Shown here piece after piece: positions 53,271-64,000 of a DNA stretch of 64,000 nt. This DNA comes from Lama guanicoe (lineage: Eukaryota). Numbering within the stretch: the stretch's first letter is position 1; each line of letters opens with the position of its first letter. A program made the position numbers and the translations under genes. Below the pieces are notes generated by a model that did no database searches, had not been told where the DNA came from, and was given only the letters and a program-made list of their open reading frames with translations. The stretch is from positions 569,015 to 633,014 of the forward strand of contig MU054049.1 of the NCBI GenBank assembly GCA_013239625.1, in the 5' to 3' direction.

Positions 53271-54912
53271 TTATTGCCAATGAATGATGCATATTATATG
53301 TTATATGTGATTTTTGAAATCTCAATATGTTAACATTTAAAAAACATAACTTTGCTTTACACAAATTTATTAGCCAAGTTCTGGCATTCTGAAATGGAAT
53401 ACACTGGTCGCCTAATTTCTTAATGCCTCAGGAGTATTATAGTTACTACTCAGGGCTGTAATACTGCTGGGGCCTTTTGAGCACTGTTAGGACTTGTTCT
53501 TGTACTGAGTGGTTCTAGTGTGCCTTGTTTTTTGAGGTCTTCTTCCTCTAAGTCATTTGGATTTATTATTCAGGGACCTCTTTCCTTCAAAGCACTTCAC
53601 CGTGTTATAGTTTAAAATTGTTAGAGAGCCCTTTAGGAACAAATAAATAACACTTTAAATAGTTAGCCCTGTTAACATCTGTGAATCAAAAAATCCAAGC
53701 CGGAAAAAAGCAAGTCATTTTATCACTCCTGCCAGTTGACGTGTTGGACACCCATGCTATATTCATGTAGTCTTCTAAGTGACTTCATGAGCTTTTTCCG
53801 TATGTAGGTTATTGAACTACTCCAGAAAGTCATATATCTCTTTATGGGGTATGAGGGGGGAGAAGATAGGAAAAACACTTAATATATGTTACAGATTTAT
53901 GTGGGAAAAATTTTGTGTTTTTAATCTCTAGCTTTTCTTGCTGTTAATGTGTTGGTAGTAAACAAAGAGATTTTTATAACTTAAGCTATAATCCAATGAA
54001 GGGCAACTTAAAGATGTGATAGAGCTTAAAACTGAACCTGTTTCTGAGGGATTGATGATAGGTTTGTAGCTGGACAGTTAAGCCTTTTTACTAATCTTGC
54101 AAGTCCTCAACTTAGATTTGTCGTATCTGGTTAACACAATCAAGTGGAAATGCTGTTTTTCTCCCTATCTTGCTGAGTTTACAGATTCTGAAACATGGTG
54201 TAATTTACTGAAATTAAGGTCTTCCCCCCCCACCCTGCTGGGAATAGGCACATTTTATTACAGAAACCTGTTTGTCATGGAATCATTTTCTTCTAACACC
54301 TAGCACTTTTTAAAAATTCTCGTCATAATTACATTTCTGGCGAGATAAACTAAAGATAATTATGTAGAATTAACTAACATGAATAAAATTCCCTTTAAGA
54401 TGCATCTGGGACACTTCTTATTTGCTATTCCTAATTTGTGCTTTTAAGAAATGTCTCTGGTGGTGGTTGAATGCCATCAACATTTTCTTCTCTTGTGAGC
54501 CTGAGAATCTTACTACTAAAAGACTTGGCGAAAGTTATTATTAGAAAATGTCAGGCATTTGAGTCTTTCTGAAGGAATGCCAGTTACTATTCTAGGCTCT
54601 GGTGATTTAATCATGAACAGACCAAAGTTCGTGCTTTCATGGAACTTCTGTTTGAGGAGGACAGATAATTTGTGTGTAATAAGATGTCAGTAGTGGTAAG
54701 TGCTTTGAAGAAAAATGAAGTTGGGGGAAGAAGAGGATATGATTAGAGGGTACCATTTTAGATAGGCTAGTCATGTAAGGGCATTTCTCAGAAGCTGATG
54801 TTCCAGCAGAGTCCTAAGTAGAAGATGAAGAGGAAAAAGCAGCATGCAACCACCATGAGATAGTAGAAGCCAAGAGTTATATGGAAGAAATATTTGGAGT
54901 AAAGTGAGGTGT

Positions 54913-55422
54913 TATATTAGTCAGGGTTTTCCAGAGAAACAGAACCAATAGGATGGATGGATGGATTATGAGGAATTAGCTCACATGGTTATGGAGGCTG
55001 ACAAATTCCAAGATCTGCAGTCAGCATGCTTGAGGCCCAGAAAAGCTGATGTAATACTAGTCCAAGTCCAAAGGCCTGAGACCCAGGAGAGCTGATAATG
55101 TGAGTTCTAGCCTGAAGGCCAGCAGGCTCAAGACTCAGAAAGAGCTAATATTTTAGTTATATACTCTGAAGGCAGTCAGGCAGGAGTTCCCATCTACTTA
55201 AAGGAGAATAAGCCTTTTTTGTTTTTATTCAGACCTTCAGCTGATTGAATGTGGCCTGCCCACATGAGGGAGAGCAATCTGCTTTACTCAGTCTATCAAT
55301 TTAAATGTCAGAGTCATCCAAACACCCTCACAGAAACATGCAGAATAATGTTTGACCAATTTGACCAAATATCTGCATACCCTGTGGCCTAGTCTATTTA
55401 ACACATAAAATTAACCATCACA
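54913..55422. mobile_element. ERVL solo LTR (MLT2B-like), complete
   Basis: tatattagtcagggttttccagagaaacagaaccaatagg...ttatgaggaattagctcacatg...acacataaaattaaccatcaca. Confidence 0.9.
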
Positions 55423-56559
55423 GATGGGGTTTGCTGGTAGTCATAAAAGCAAGATGAGTTAAGATCTGCTCCAGTTCACCCCAGTGACTTAGTCTCAAAA
55501 TGTGTGATGATTACAGCTGTCTTGAATTCTGGGCTTTGTTGTGTTGCCTGAATTATTTTCCATTGTCTTTGAGGCCTGGCTGTATGGCTGCATTGAACTC
55601 ACTCTTTTTTTCTCTAAGTACTTTTTATGTAACTGTTTAGTTTAACTTATTTGTCCCTATATTCAGGCTCACCAGACCAACTATTTTATGAATGGGCCAA
55701 CTTGGTAGCAGTTGAGTGTTGTTTCTTGTATAGACATTACAGAAATAAACCTTGAGTCATAAAAATCTTATTCAATCTTTCTTTTTCCTGCTAATGAAGG
55801 AAAACAGTGGTGAAGATAAACAGAACAATTTATTAAGTAATTTGTTACTTTAAAAAGATTCACATTCTTGGTTAACATTTTTAGCAGTTATGTATTGAAT
55901 TTTAACTCTTGAAGAACTGACATGTTTTGGAAATCTGAAACTGTTAAGAGACACAGTCCTTGCCCTCAAAAAGACCACAGTCTGATAGTAAAATCTGCAT
56001 ATCTAAATATGCAAGGTAGTTTTGATGAGAAATTAGATTCAAGCTGGAAAAGGCTTCATGAAGATCATATTTAAGCCAGTCTTTGTTACACAGAATTTGG
56101 GTAGATACAAAAAAGAGGTGAAAATCCCCCCCCCACCAAAAAAAAGTTAAATGAGCAAATCCGGTGCATGAGAGCTTTAGGGGATGATCATTTAGCCATG
56201 TTTATATGAGTGTAGCGTTCTTGCAGAGGAGTATTTTGAAAGCTGACTCAATATGTCCATGACATTATGTTGCATGTTAACCCCTTTGTGCCTCAGTTAC
56301 TCATCTACTGAGTGGAATGATAATGTCTTTTCTCTTATTCCTGTGAGCCTTATAACCAGTCACATCTGAATTCTTAAACTATAGTTCCTTTGCTTTTTTT
56401 TGTTTTTGTTTTTTTGTTTTTGTTTTTGTTTTTTGGGTTTTTTTTTTCAGTCCACAAATGGACCTTCCTGAGTAGGGGACTGAGTTAACAGACTCCATAC
56501 CGTTTCCTCCTCACACTCTTCCTCTTCCTGCTTCCTCATGGAGAGAAGAGTATATACCA

Positions 56560-57900
56560 AATGCATCCTCCATAAGTTTCACTAGTATCCTTCATGCCCT
56601 TGTCTTGGGAATTGTTCTTTCTGCCTTAGTCCTTTCAATGTATATTCTGATGGCATTGCTACACCAGTATCTCCATCTGTATGGCCACACATGTGTTCTG
56701 GATCCCATTCCTTTCTACCTTTTCAGAGATGTAATGCTAACTGAAACCTCAGTTTTCCTCTCACTCCTCTAATCTCACCCTTCCCCTGCTTTGGGGCCCT
56801 TTTTATTAGCAGATGAATGTATTGAGGTTGTCTCTATGTTATATATATTGTGCGGTATGCCATGCTGCACTGTATTGTATATTGTATTGTACATCTAATC
56901 ATCCTCCCTTGACCATATACTTTTCTCCATCCATTTCCTCTTCTTTGCTTAACTTTTCGAAAGAAGTAGCTCCACCCACTTAACTTATTTCTAAAATCAT
57001 ATCCTAGATGACATAAATGGCATGTATATTCTCATCATCTAAAAAATAAATAAAAATAAATTTTTTTCAGTTTTATTAGGTAGAATTATTATAATTTGAC
57101 TGCACATATACATTATATTGCATGTAAATACAAATATACTGCACTTTTTTTTAGTTTACATATATGTACTGTTCATTGTTTTTAAGAACGGATTAGAGCT
57201 TTAGCTTTTTAAACTTATGTAGTTATCAAAGGAATAAAACCAACCACAATATAAGAATCAACAGAATGCAGTAATCCAATCATAAAAGACAGTCAAATGT
57301 GCTTACACATATTCAAGAAATCAGTCATCTAAGTTATAAATAATAAGTAATTCATTTGTGTCCTTAAAATAAAAATAAATTTTAAAAAATCATATCCTGT
57401 TCACACTTCAGCTCATTCTAATCTAGCTTCTACCACATCACTCAACTCAAATGGCTTTTGATATTTCTGTAACAGTCAATGCTGTTGGTCACTGTCTTCC
57501 CTAAAACACTTCCTTTGTCTTCTCCAACATATTCTCTTCATTTTCTATGTATGTCTCTGGCTACATCTTCTCTGACTTTGTTGACTTATCTTTCTCTAAT
57601 TGCTCATTAAATGTGGGTATCCACAAAGCTGACTCAGGCCTTTCTTTTCTTACTACTACATCCTCTTGAGTAATATCATTCTCTCTCATTGCTTCAGTAA
57701 CAATGACCATTCTTAAATTTATATCTTTTATCCAGGCTTCTCCTCTGAGGTCCTGTTCTGTATCTAGCTACCAAATTATTATTTCCACTTGGATGTTTTG
57801 GGGCAGTATCTCAGACTCAACATGCTTAAGACTCAACATGTTTATAACTTCTCTTCCTTCATATCTTCTTCAGCACCAAGACCTGTTTTCTGTTGGACTC
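56560..57900 (+). mobile_element. L2 LINE fragments, interrupted by the 57006-57385 insertion
   Basis: ggatcccattcctttctacct, ctaatctagcttctacc, ccacttggatgtt...tctcagactcaacatg. Confidence 0.6.
57065..57366 (-). pseudogene. Probable retrocopied mRNA 3'-UTR fragment (parent gene not identified)
   Basis: About 300 bp of AT-rich sequence matching no repeat I recognise. On the minus strand it ends ...CCTAATAAAACTG(A)n. It is flanked by a 17-bp direct repeat AAATAAAAATAAATTTT (57048-57064, 57367-57383). Confidence 0.55.
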
Positions 57901-58240
57901 AATACAGTGTATGGATAAAGGACTCAAATCCTCACTCTACTCTTTACTAACTTTGTAACCATAAGTAACCTTTCTAAGACTCAATTTCATCATATGTAAA
58001 ATGGAAACACAATAGTTCCTTTCTTAACATAAGGAAACATCAGACATAGTGAGTATATGGAACTTATACTTCCAGCCAAGTTGTAGTGACAGTAACTGAA
58101 TTTACTTTCTAGCCATAAACAATTAGAAAACCCTCATAGGACTGTTGTGAGTATTGTGAGTATTAAGATTATTTATAAAGCACTTGAAACAGGACCTGGC
58201 ATAAAGTTAAACTCTACAAAAGTTTTTGCTTTTATTATCA
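57900..58240 (+). mobile_element. MIR SINE, interrupted
   Basis: tcaaatcctcactctactctttactaactttgtaacc...ctcaatttcatcatatgtaaaatgg, resuming cctcataggactgttgtgag...aaagcacttgaaacaggacctggcata. Confidence 0.7.
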
Positions 58241-58289
58241 TTAAATATGGATATGACGGTAAAATTGTGAGATGAAGCTATAAAGTGGT

Positions 58290-61200
58290 ACTTTAAGGGT
58301 AAATTATAGTATCTAGTGCTTATATTATACAAAAAAAAGCAGTTCTTAAATCAATACTCTTAAGTTTCCATTTTAAGAAACTAAAGGACAAGAGTAATCC
58401 CAAAACAAATAAAAAAGGGAATAAAAAGAGCAGAAACCAATGAAATAGAAAAGTACAAAACAATAAAGAAAATTAGAAATTAAATTTTAGCTTTTTAGAA
58501 AGGTCAGTAATAATGATTAAATTCTAGCCAGACTCATCAGGAAAAAAAGAGAGAAGATGCAAATTACAATAGCAGGAATAAACGAGGACACATGACTGCA
58601 GATCCTCTAGACATTAAATTTGACAGTTTAGATGAGATGAGTAAATTCCTTGAAAAACACAAATTACTGAAGCTTATTTAAGAAGAAATAGGTAACCCGA
58701 GCAGCCCTATGTATACTTTCAAAAAATAAACTGGCAATTAAAATTTTCCTTCAAAAAAATCTCGTCCTAGAATGCTTCACTGAGGCGTTCTGTCAGACAT
58801 TCAAGATGAAATAGTATCAGTTCTACACAGTCTTTCAGAAAATAAGAAGTGGGAATACTTCCCAACTCATTTTATGAGGTAAACATTTACCCTTAACATG
58901 AAAGAAACTACAGACCAATATCTCCCACAGAAATAGATTGAAAAACCTTTAATGAAAATTTAGCCAACTGAGTCAGTGGTATGGGAAAAAAAAAAAGGAT
59001 AATACTTTTGACCAAGTGGGATTCATTACAGGAGTACAAGTTTGGTTTAACATTTGACAATCAGTGTACTTCATCATATGAACCTACTCAGAAAGAAAAA
59101 CTATGATTATCTCAGTAGATTTAGAAAAATCATTTGACCAAATTCAATACTCTTATTGATAAAAACTCTCAGTAACCTAGGACTTGAAGGGAACTTTCTC
59201 AGCCTGTTAAAGGGCATTTAGTAAAATCCTGTGATTTACATCATACTTTGTGGTGAAAGACTGAATGTTTTCCCCCTAAGATCAAGAATAAGGGAATAAT
59301 GTTTGCTCTTTCCACTTCTGTTCAGGGTTGTATGGCAGTTATAGTCAGTGAAGTGGGACAAGGAAAGGAATAGGAAGCCATCCAAATTGGACATGAAGAA
59401 ATGAAACTGCTTGTATACGTAGAAAATCTCAAAGAATCCACCAAAAAATGGCCACTAAGACTAATAAATGAGCTTAGTATAAAGTTGTTATGCAAAAAAA
59501 ATTTAATTGTATTTCTTGTACTGGCAATGAACAACTAAAATTTTTATTAAAATAAACATGAAAACATTTACAATAGCATCTAAATATCAATGATACTATG
59601 GAGAAGTTGAACAAAATTTTTCAAGACCTGTGTTTTGCAAATTATAAAACGCTGCTAAGAGAACTTAAAAGGAGAACCAAATAAATGGAAAGGAGTATCA
59701 TATTATAGATGAGAAAATTCAAAATTATTATAATGTCATTTCTCTCCAAATTGATGTTTACTACTCAGTGCAGTTCCAATCAGTGTCTCCACAGGCTTTT
59801 TTGTAGAAATTGGCAAGCTAATTCTGAAATTTATATGAAAGTGCAGAGGGCCTAGAATAGCTAAAACAATTTTGAAAGACGACAAGGTTGAATGATGTAC
59901 ATTGCTTAATTTCTAGACTTACTGTAAAGCTGTATTAATCAAGACAGCATGGTATTGGCTTAAGGATAGACATATAGATGAAATGAATCGAATACAGTTC
60001 AGATACAGGCGCACAAACTTAGGTTCATCTGATTTTTTCCCAAAATGCTGAGGCAGTTCAATGGAAGAAACTAGTATTTTTGACAAATGGTTCTGAGTCA
60101 GTTGGACACCCATATACAAAAACAGCAAACCTTAATTAATCATTACCTTATGCCATTCCCAAAAATTAACTTGGAATGGATCATAGATTTCAATGAAATG
60201 TAAGAGCTAAAACCATAAAACTCACAGAAGAAGCATAAGAAAAAAATATGTCACCTTGGAAAGGTCTATTTCTTAGATGAGACGTACCAAGCCAAACCAT
60301 AAGAGAAAAAAAGATCAGTTGTACTTCATCTGAATTAAAAACGTTTGCTTTTCAAAAGTGGCTATTCCAGTTCATTAGTAACACAATTCCTGTCAAAATT
60401 CTAGCAATATTTTTTATAGACATAGCCAAGTTTATTCTAAAATTTATATGGAAAGGTTCAGTAACTGGAAACAATTTTTAGTAAGAGTAGTAAATTTGGA
60501 GGAATCACACTACCCAATTTTAAGACTTAGCCCTATACTCAAGACATTGTGGTACCTACTGGTCAAGGGGTAGATCAATGAAACAAGAAGACCAGAAGTA
60601 GACTCACAGAAGAATAGCCAAATGAATTTTGACAAAGATGCAAAAGCAATTCAATGGAGAAAGGATGCTATTTACAACAAATAGTATTAGAACAATAAGA
60701 CATCTGTAGCATCTCCTCCACCCCACCCCTGTCAAAAATTTTTTTTAAAAAACCTTGTCCTAAAACTCATACCCTATAGAAGAATTAAGAAAAAGTGGAT
60801 CATTGATCTAAATGTAAAGTGTAGAGCTATAAAGCTTATATAAGAAAACATAGGAGACAATCTTGTTAATCTAGGGCCTAGGCAAAGATTTCTTACACCA
60901 AAAGCAATATCCATAAAAGAAAGAAATCAGTAATGTGGACTTCACCAAAATTAAGAGTTTTTAACCCTGTGAAAGATACTGTGAAGAGCATGAAAAGACA
61001 AGCCACAGCGGGGAGAAAATATGTCTGACAAAGTACCTGTATCCAGAGTATATAAAAAACTCTGAACTTAACAGTAGGAAATCAAACAATCCAATTAGAA
61101 ACGGAGCAAAATACTTGAACAGACTCTTCACTGAAGATCGTATACAGATGTCAGATAAGCACAGGAAAAGATGTTCAACATCATTAGCCATTAGAGACAT

Positions 61201-62675
61201 ACAAATTTAAAGCCATAATGGGATGCTGCACACACTAGAATGGCTAAAATTAAAAGCACTGGCTTGAACAAGTGTTGATAAGGATGCAGAAGAACTGGAT
61301 CTGTTGTCATACCAACAACTTGGAAGATCTGAAGGACATTATACTGAGTGAGAAAAGCAGTCTCAAAAGAGTACATAGTATGTGATTCCATTTATATAAC
61401 AGTTTTTAAAGGAAAAAAAATTCATGATAGAAATGGATCGCAGTTGCCAGGGCTAGGGTTGGCTAGAGAGTGCGATTATATAAAGGGATAGCACAAAGGA
61501 GTTTCCTGAGGGTGATGAAACAGTTTTGTATCCTAATTGTGGTGGAGATAACACTAATATTTATGTATGTGGTAAGTTTACATATATAAATATACATATA
61601 TATAACTGCATATACAAACACATATTCATACACAGAATCAGTGCATATGAAAGCTCATAAAGTCTGAGTGAAGTCTGTAGTGTGGTTAATAGTACTCTAC
61701 TAGTGTCAACTTTCTCATTTTGGTAATTCTGCTATGATTACGTCAAATGCTGTTATTGGGTGAAGCTTGGTGAAGGATACCCGGGAACTCTATACTATTC
61801 TTGCAACTTCTATGTGATTCTAAAGTTCTTTTCAAAGTAAAAAGTTTAAAAAAAAAAAAAGACACTAAAGAAAATGGTGGGACCAACCACAAATGGGGAG
61901 AAAAATACTTGCAAACATTTGATAAAGGATATATATCCAGAATATATAAATATAAGCATTCAATAAAAGGAAGACAGTTACATTTTTAATTAGCTACATT
62001 ACCACAGGATACATGTATAGCATATAAGCCTAGGAAAAGATGCTCAGCATCATTAGTTATTAGGAAATACAAATGGAAACCACAATGAAATACTATTTTA
62101 TATATATATATATATATATGGAAAAATTAATGACAATCAAAAGATTGTGGGGCAAGTGGAACTCTTACGTATTGCTAATAGGAATGACAAATGGTATGGC
62201 CACTTTGAAAAACAGTTTGGCGGTTTTTTATTAAGCATAGGATTCAGAAATCCCACTCCTAGGTATTAACTAAAGATGGATTTAAAAAAAATGTGTGATT
62301 GCTTATACTATCATTATTTATAGCAACCCCCAAACTGGGAACAATCCAAGTGTCCAAATGGTGTAGTCACACAATGGAAAACCAGTCAGTAGTAAAAATG
62401 ACTGCAGCACAGATAATCTTAAAAGCATTAGGGCAAGTGAAAGAAGCCAAACACAAAAATGACATGCTATGATTTCAATTATGTGAAGATCTAGAAAAGG
62501 CACAACTAAGCAGTTCATTGGTTACCAGGGGTTGAGGGTAGGGGCAGGGATTGGCCATACACAGAACATTTTGTGGTGATGGAAATATTCTGTATCATGA
62601 TTTTGGTTCTGGTTACAGGATTTGGTGGTGGTTACAGGGTTGTATATGTTTATAAAAAACTAATCAAATGGTACA
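58290..62675 (+). mobile_element. Old L1 ORF2 and 3' UTR, split by a second L1 at 60359-61860
   Basis: Continuous ORF2-like sequence up to ...tgcttttcaaaag (60358), resuming gacactaaagaaaatgg at 61861. Confidence 0.75.
60359..61860 (+). mobile_element. Nested L1 (L1MC/MD-like 3' end with poly(A))
   Basis: Restarts at an earlier ORF2 position (acaattcctgtcaaaattctagcaa) and ends gggaactctatactattcttgcaacttct...aaaagttt(A)13. Confidence 0.75.
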
Positions 62676-62689
62676 GAGTTGGTGAATTT

Positions 62690-63050
62690 TTTAGGGCCTT
62701 TGCATGCACTATTTCTTCTGCTAGAAAGCTCCCTTCTCTGCCTGCCTTGGTTAACACATATTCAATACTGAGATCTTGCTTGAACATTCCATATCAAGGG
62801 AATCCTTTCCTGAGCCTGGACTAGCATAGCCTTGCTTCTGTAGCACCCTGCCCTTTTCCTTCCTTGTTCTGATCACAGCCTTAGTTACCATCAGATGGTG
62901 TACTAAATAGCATAAGATTGCTTTTCTGTCTTAACTACAAGCTCTGTTAAGTGCCAAGCGCTAATTAATTACTATTGTGTTCATAGTACTGAACACAGAG
63001 TTTGACTCAGATACTCCAGTAAATACTGTACAACTGAGCATAAGTGAGTA
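62690..63050 (+). mobile_element. L2 3'-end fragment
   Basis: agggcctttgcatgcactatttcttctgctagaaagct...agtactgaacacagagtttgactcagatactccagtaaatactg. Confidence 0.65.
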
Positions 63051-64000
63051 GAGTTCTCTCTCCTGTTCATAGGAGTGGCTGTGGCCTCTGCAGAAGGTGC
63101 TGTTGGCTGAGGCTGCCAACTTAACTTTGGGCCCTCTGTCTCCTGCTCCTGCGCTGTTCCTGGGGAGTTGTGGTTGCTGTCATTGCTCAGCCACAGCTTT
63201 GTCCAGACTTCATGTGGGCACCGTGGACTCCAGGCCTGCTGCTGGGCTACGCTGAGAATAGAGAGAAGCCTTTCCTTGCTGTTAATTGTTTAGCAGAAAG
63301 AAAGTATATTCCTGGATCTACTCCGCTTTTTTCTTTGATTTTCAGCAAGTTAGGAAACCAAAACACAGTCTGTTTGTTACCTGCTTTGGTAACAGTAAGC
63401 AAACTCCTGTGAAACACTGCAGAGTACCCCCTTCTCTCTGAGAGGATCCTTCATCTTCCTAAGGAACGGAATGCCAGTCTTCCAAAAAGGCTTAGGACAT
63501 CTCATCTACAAACACAGTTTGACTACTTGAGGTACAAGCACCGTCAGCTCTGCACTCAGCCTCTAAGCCTTGTGCAGATTACAGGAGACCATCATTATTG
63601 TCTTCAAGCCCTGGGCTGACCCAGTTTCCAGGACAGATCTATAGACTATTTGATGAAGGGCCTGACACCCAACACTTCCTGTCTTCCTGACCCCACTTCT
63701 CTTCTTCCCTTTTTCCTACTCTGGTAGGCAAGAGGGAATCCAAGTTAAGGTGGGAAATTGGTCTGGTTGACCAGTACCTGTATTTGATCATCCTATGAGC
63801 ATAGCTGAATGTTTACATCATTACTACACTTTTTTTTTTAAAGCATACGGTCTGTCAACTTAGGCAGAGTTAATGAGACTTACGCAGTCCTCTCTGGAGT
63901 TAATTACATGACTAGTTTAGTTATTGATTTTGGAACTGTTTGTCTGGGTCTTTAATTTATCCAAATCTTTTCTCTACCTCTTCAGTTACTTCCAATTTAT

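Larger units (their letters stand above)
8447..64000 (+). other. MAPK8: Intron 1 of MAPK8, continuing beyond the window
   Basis: Starts GTGAGT. No kinase-coding exon or MSRSKRDN start is seen downstream. Repeat-dense, consistent with the known very long first intron of mammalian MAPK8. Confidence 0.7.

Noticed and set aside
1..64000. CRISPR array, operon or other prokaryotic/novel defence system
   Set aside because: No regularly spaced repeat-spacer structure and no gene-dense coding region. The sequence is typical mammalian intergenic and intronic DNA.

Overview
This is mammalian genomic DNA, most likely from a camelid (alpaca, llama or camel), judged by a Vic-1-type tRNA-derived SINE. The window holds about 8 kb of upstream sequence and a CpG-island promoter with a non-coding first exon. 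I recognise that exon from memory as MAPK8/JNK1 5' UTR exon 1 (+ strand, donor GTGAGT at 8447). About 55 kb of the very large first intron follows. I found no protein-coding exon. The listed ORFs are GC-rich artefacts, random ORFs or decayed transposon frames. The rest is a dense record of transposable elements: L1, L2, MIR, MaLR/ERVL LTRs, and hAT and Tigger DNA transposons. Several insertions have readable target-site duplications (TSDs). The most informative structures are a nested double retro-insertion carrying what looks like an unidentified mRNA 3' end (~57.0-57.4 kb), a twin-primed 5'-inverted L1 (28.6-29.8 kb), a near full-length L1 lacking its RT domain (47.9-51.9 kb) and a hAT transposase fossil upstream of the promoter. 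I found no evidence of a novel biological system. Gene and repeat family names come from recalled consensus sequences, not from searches, and boundaries without a TSD or TIR are approximate.
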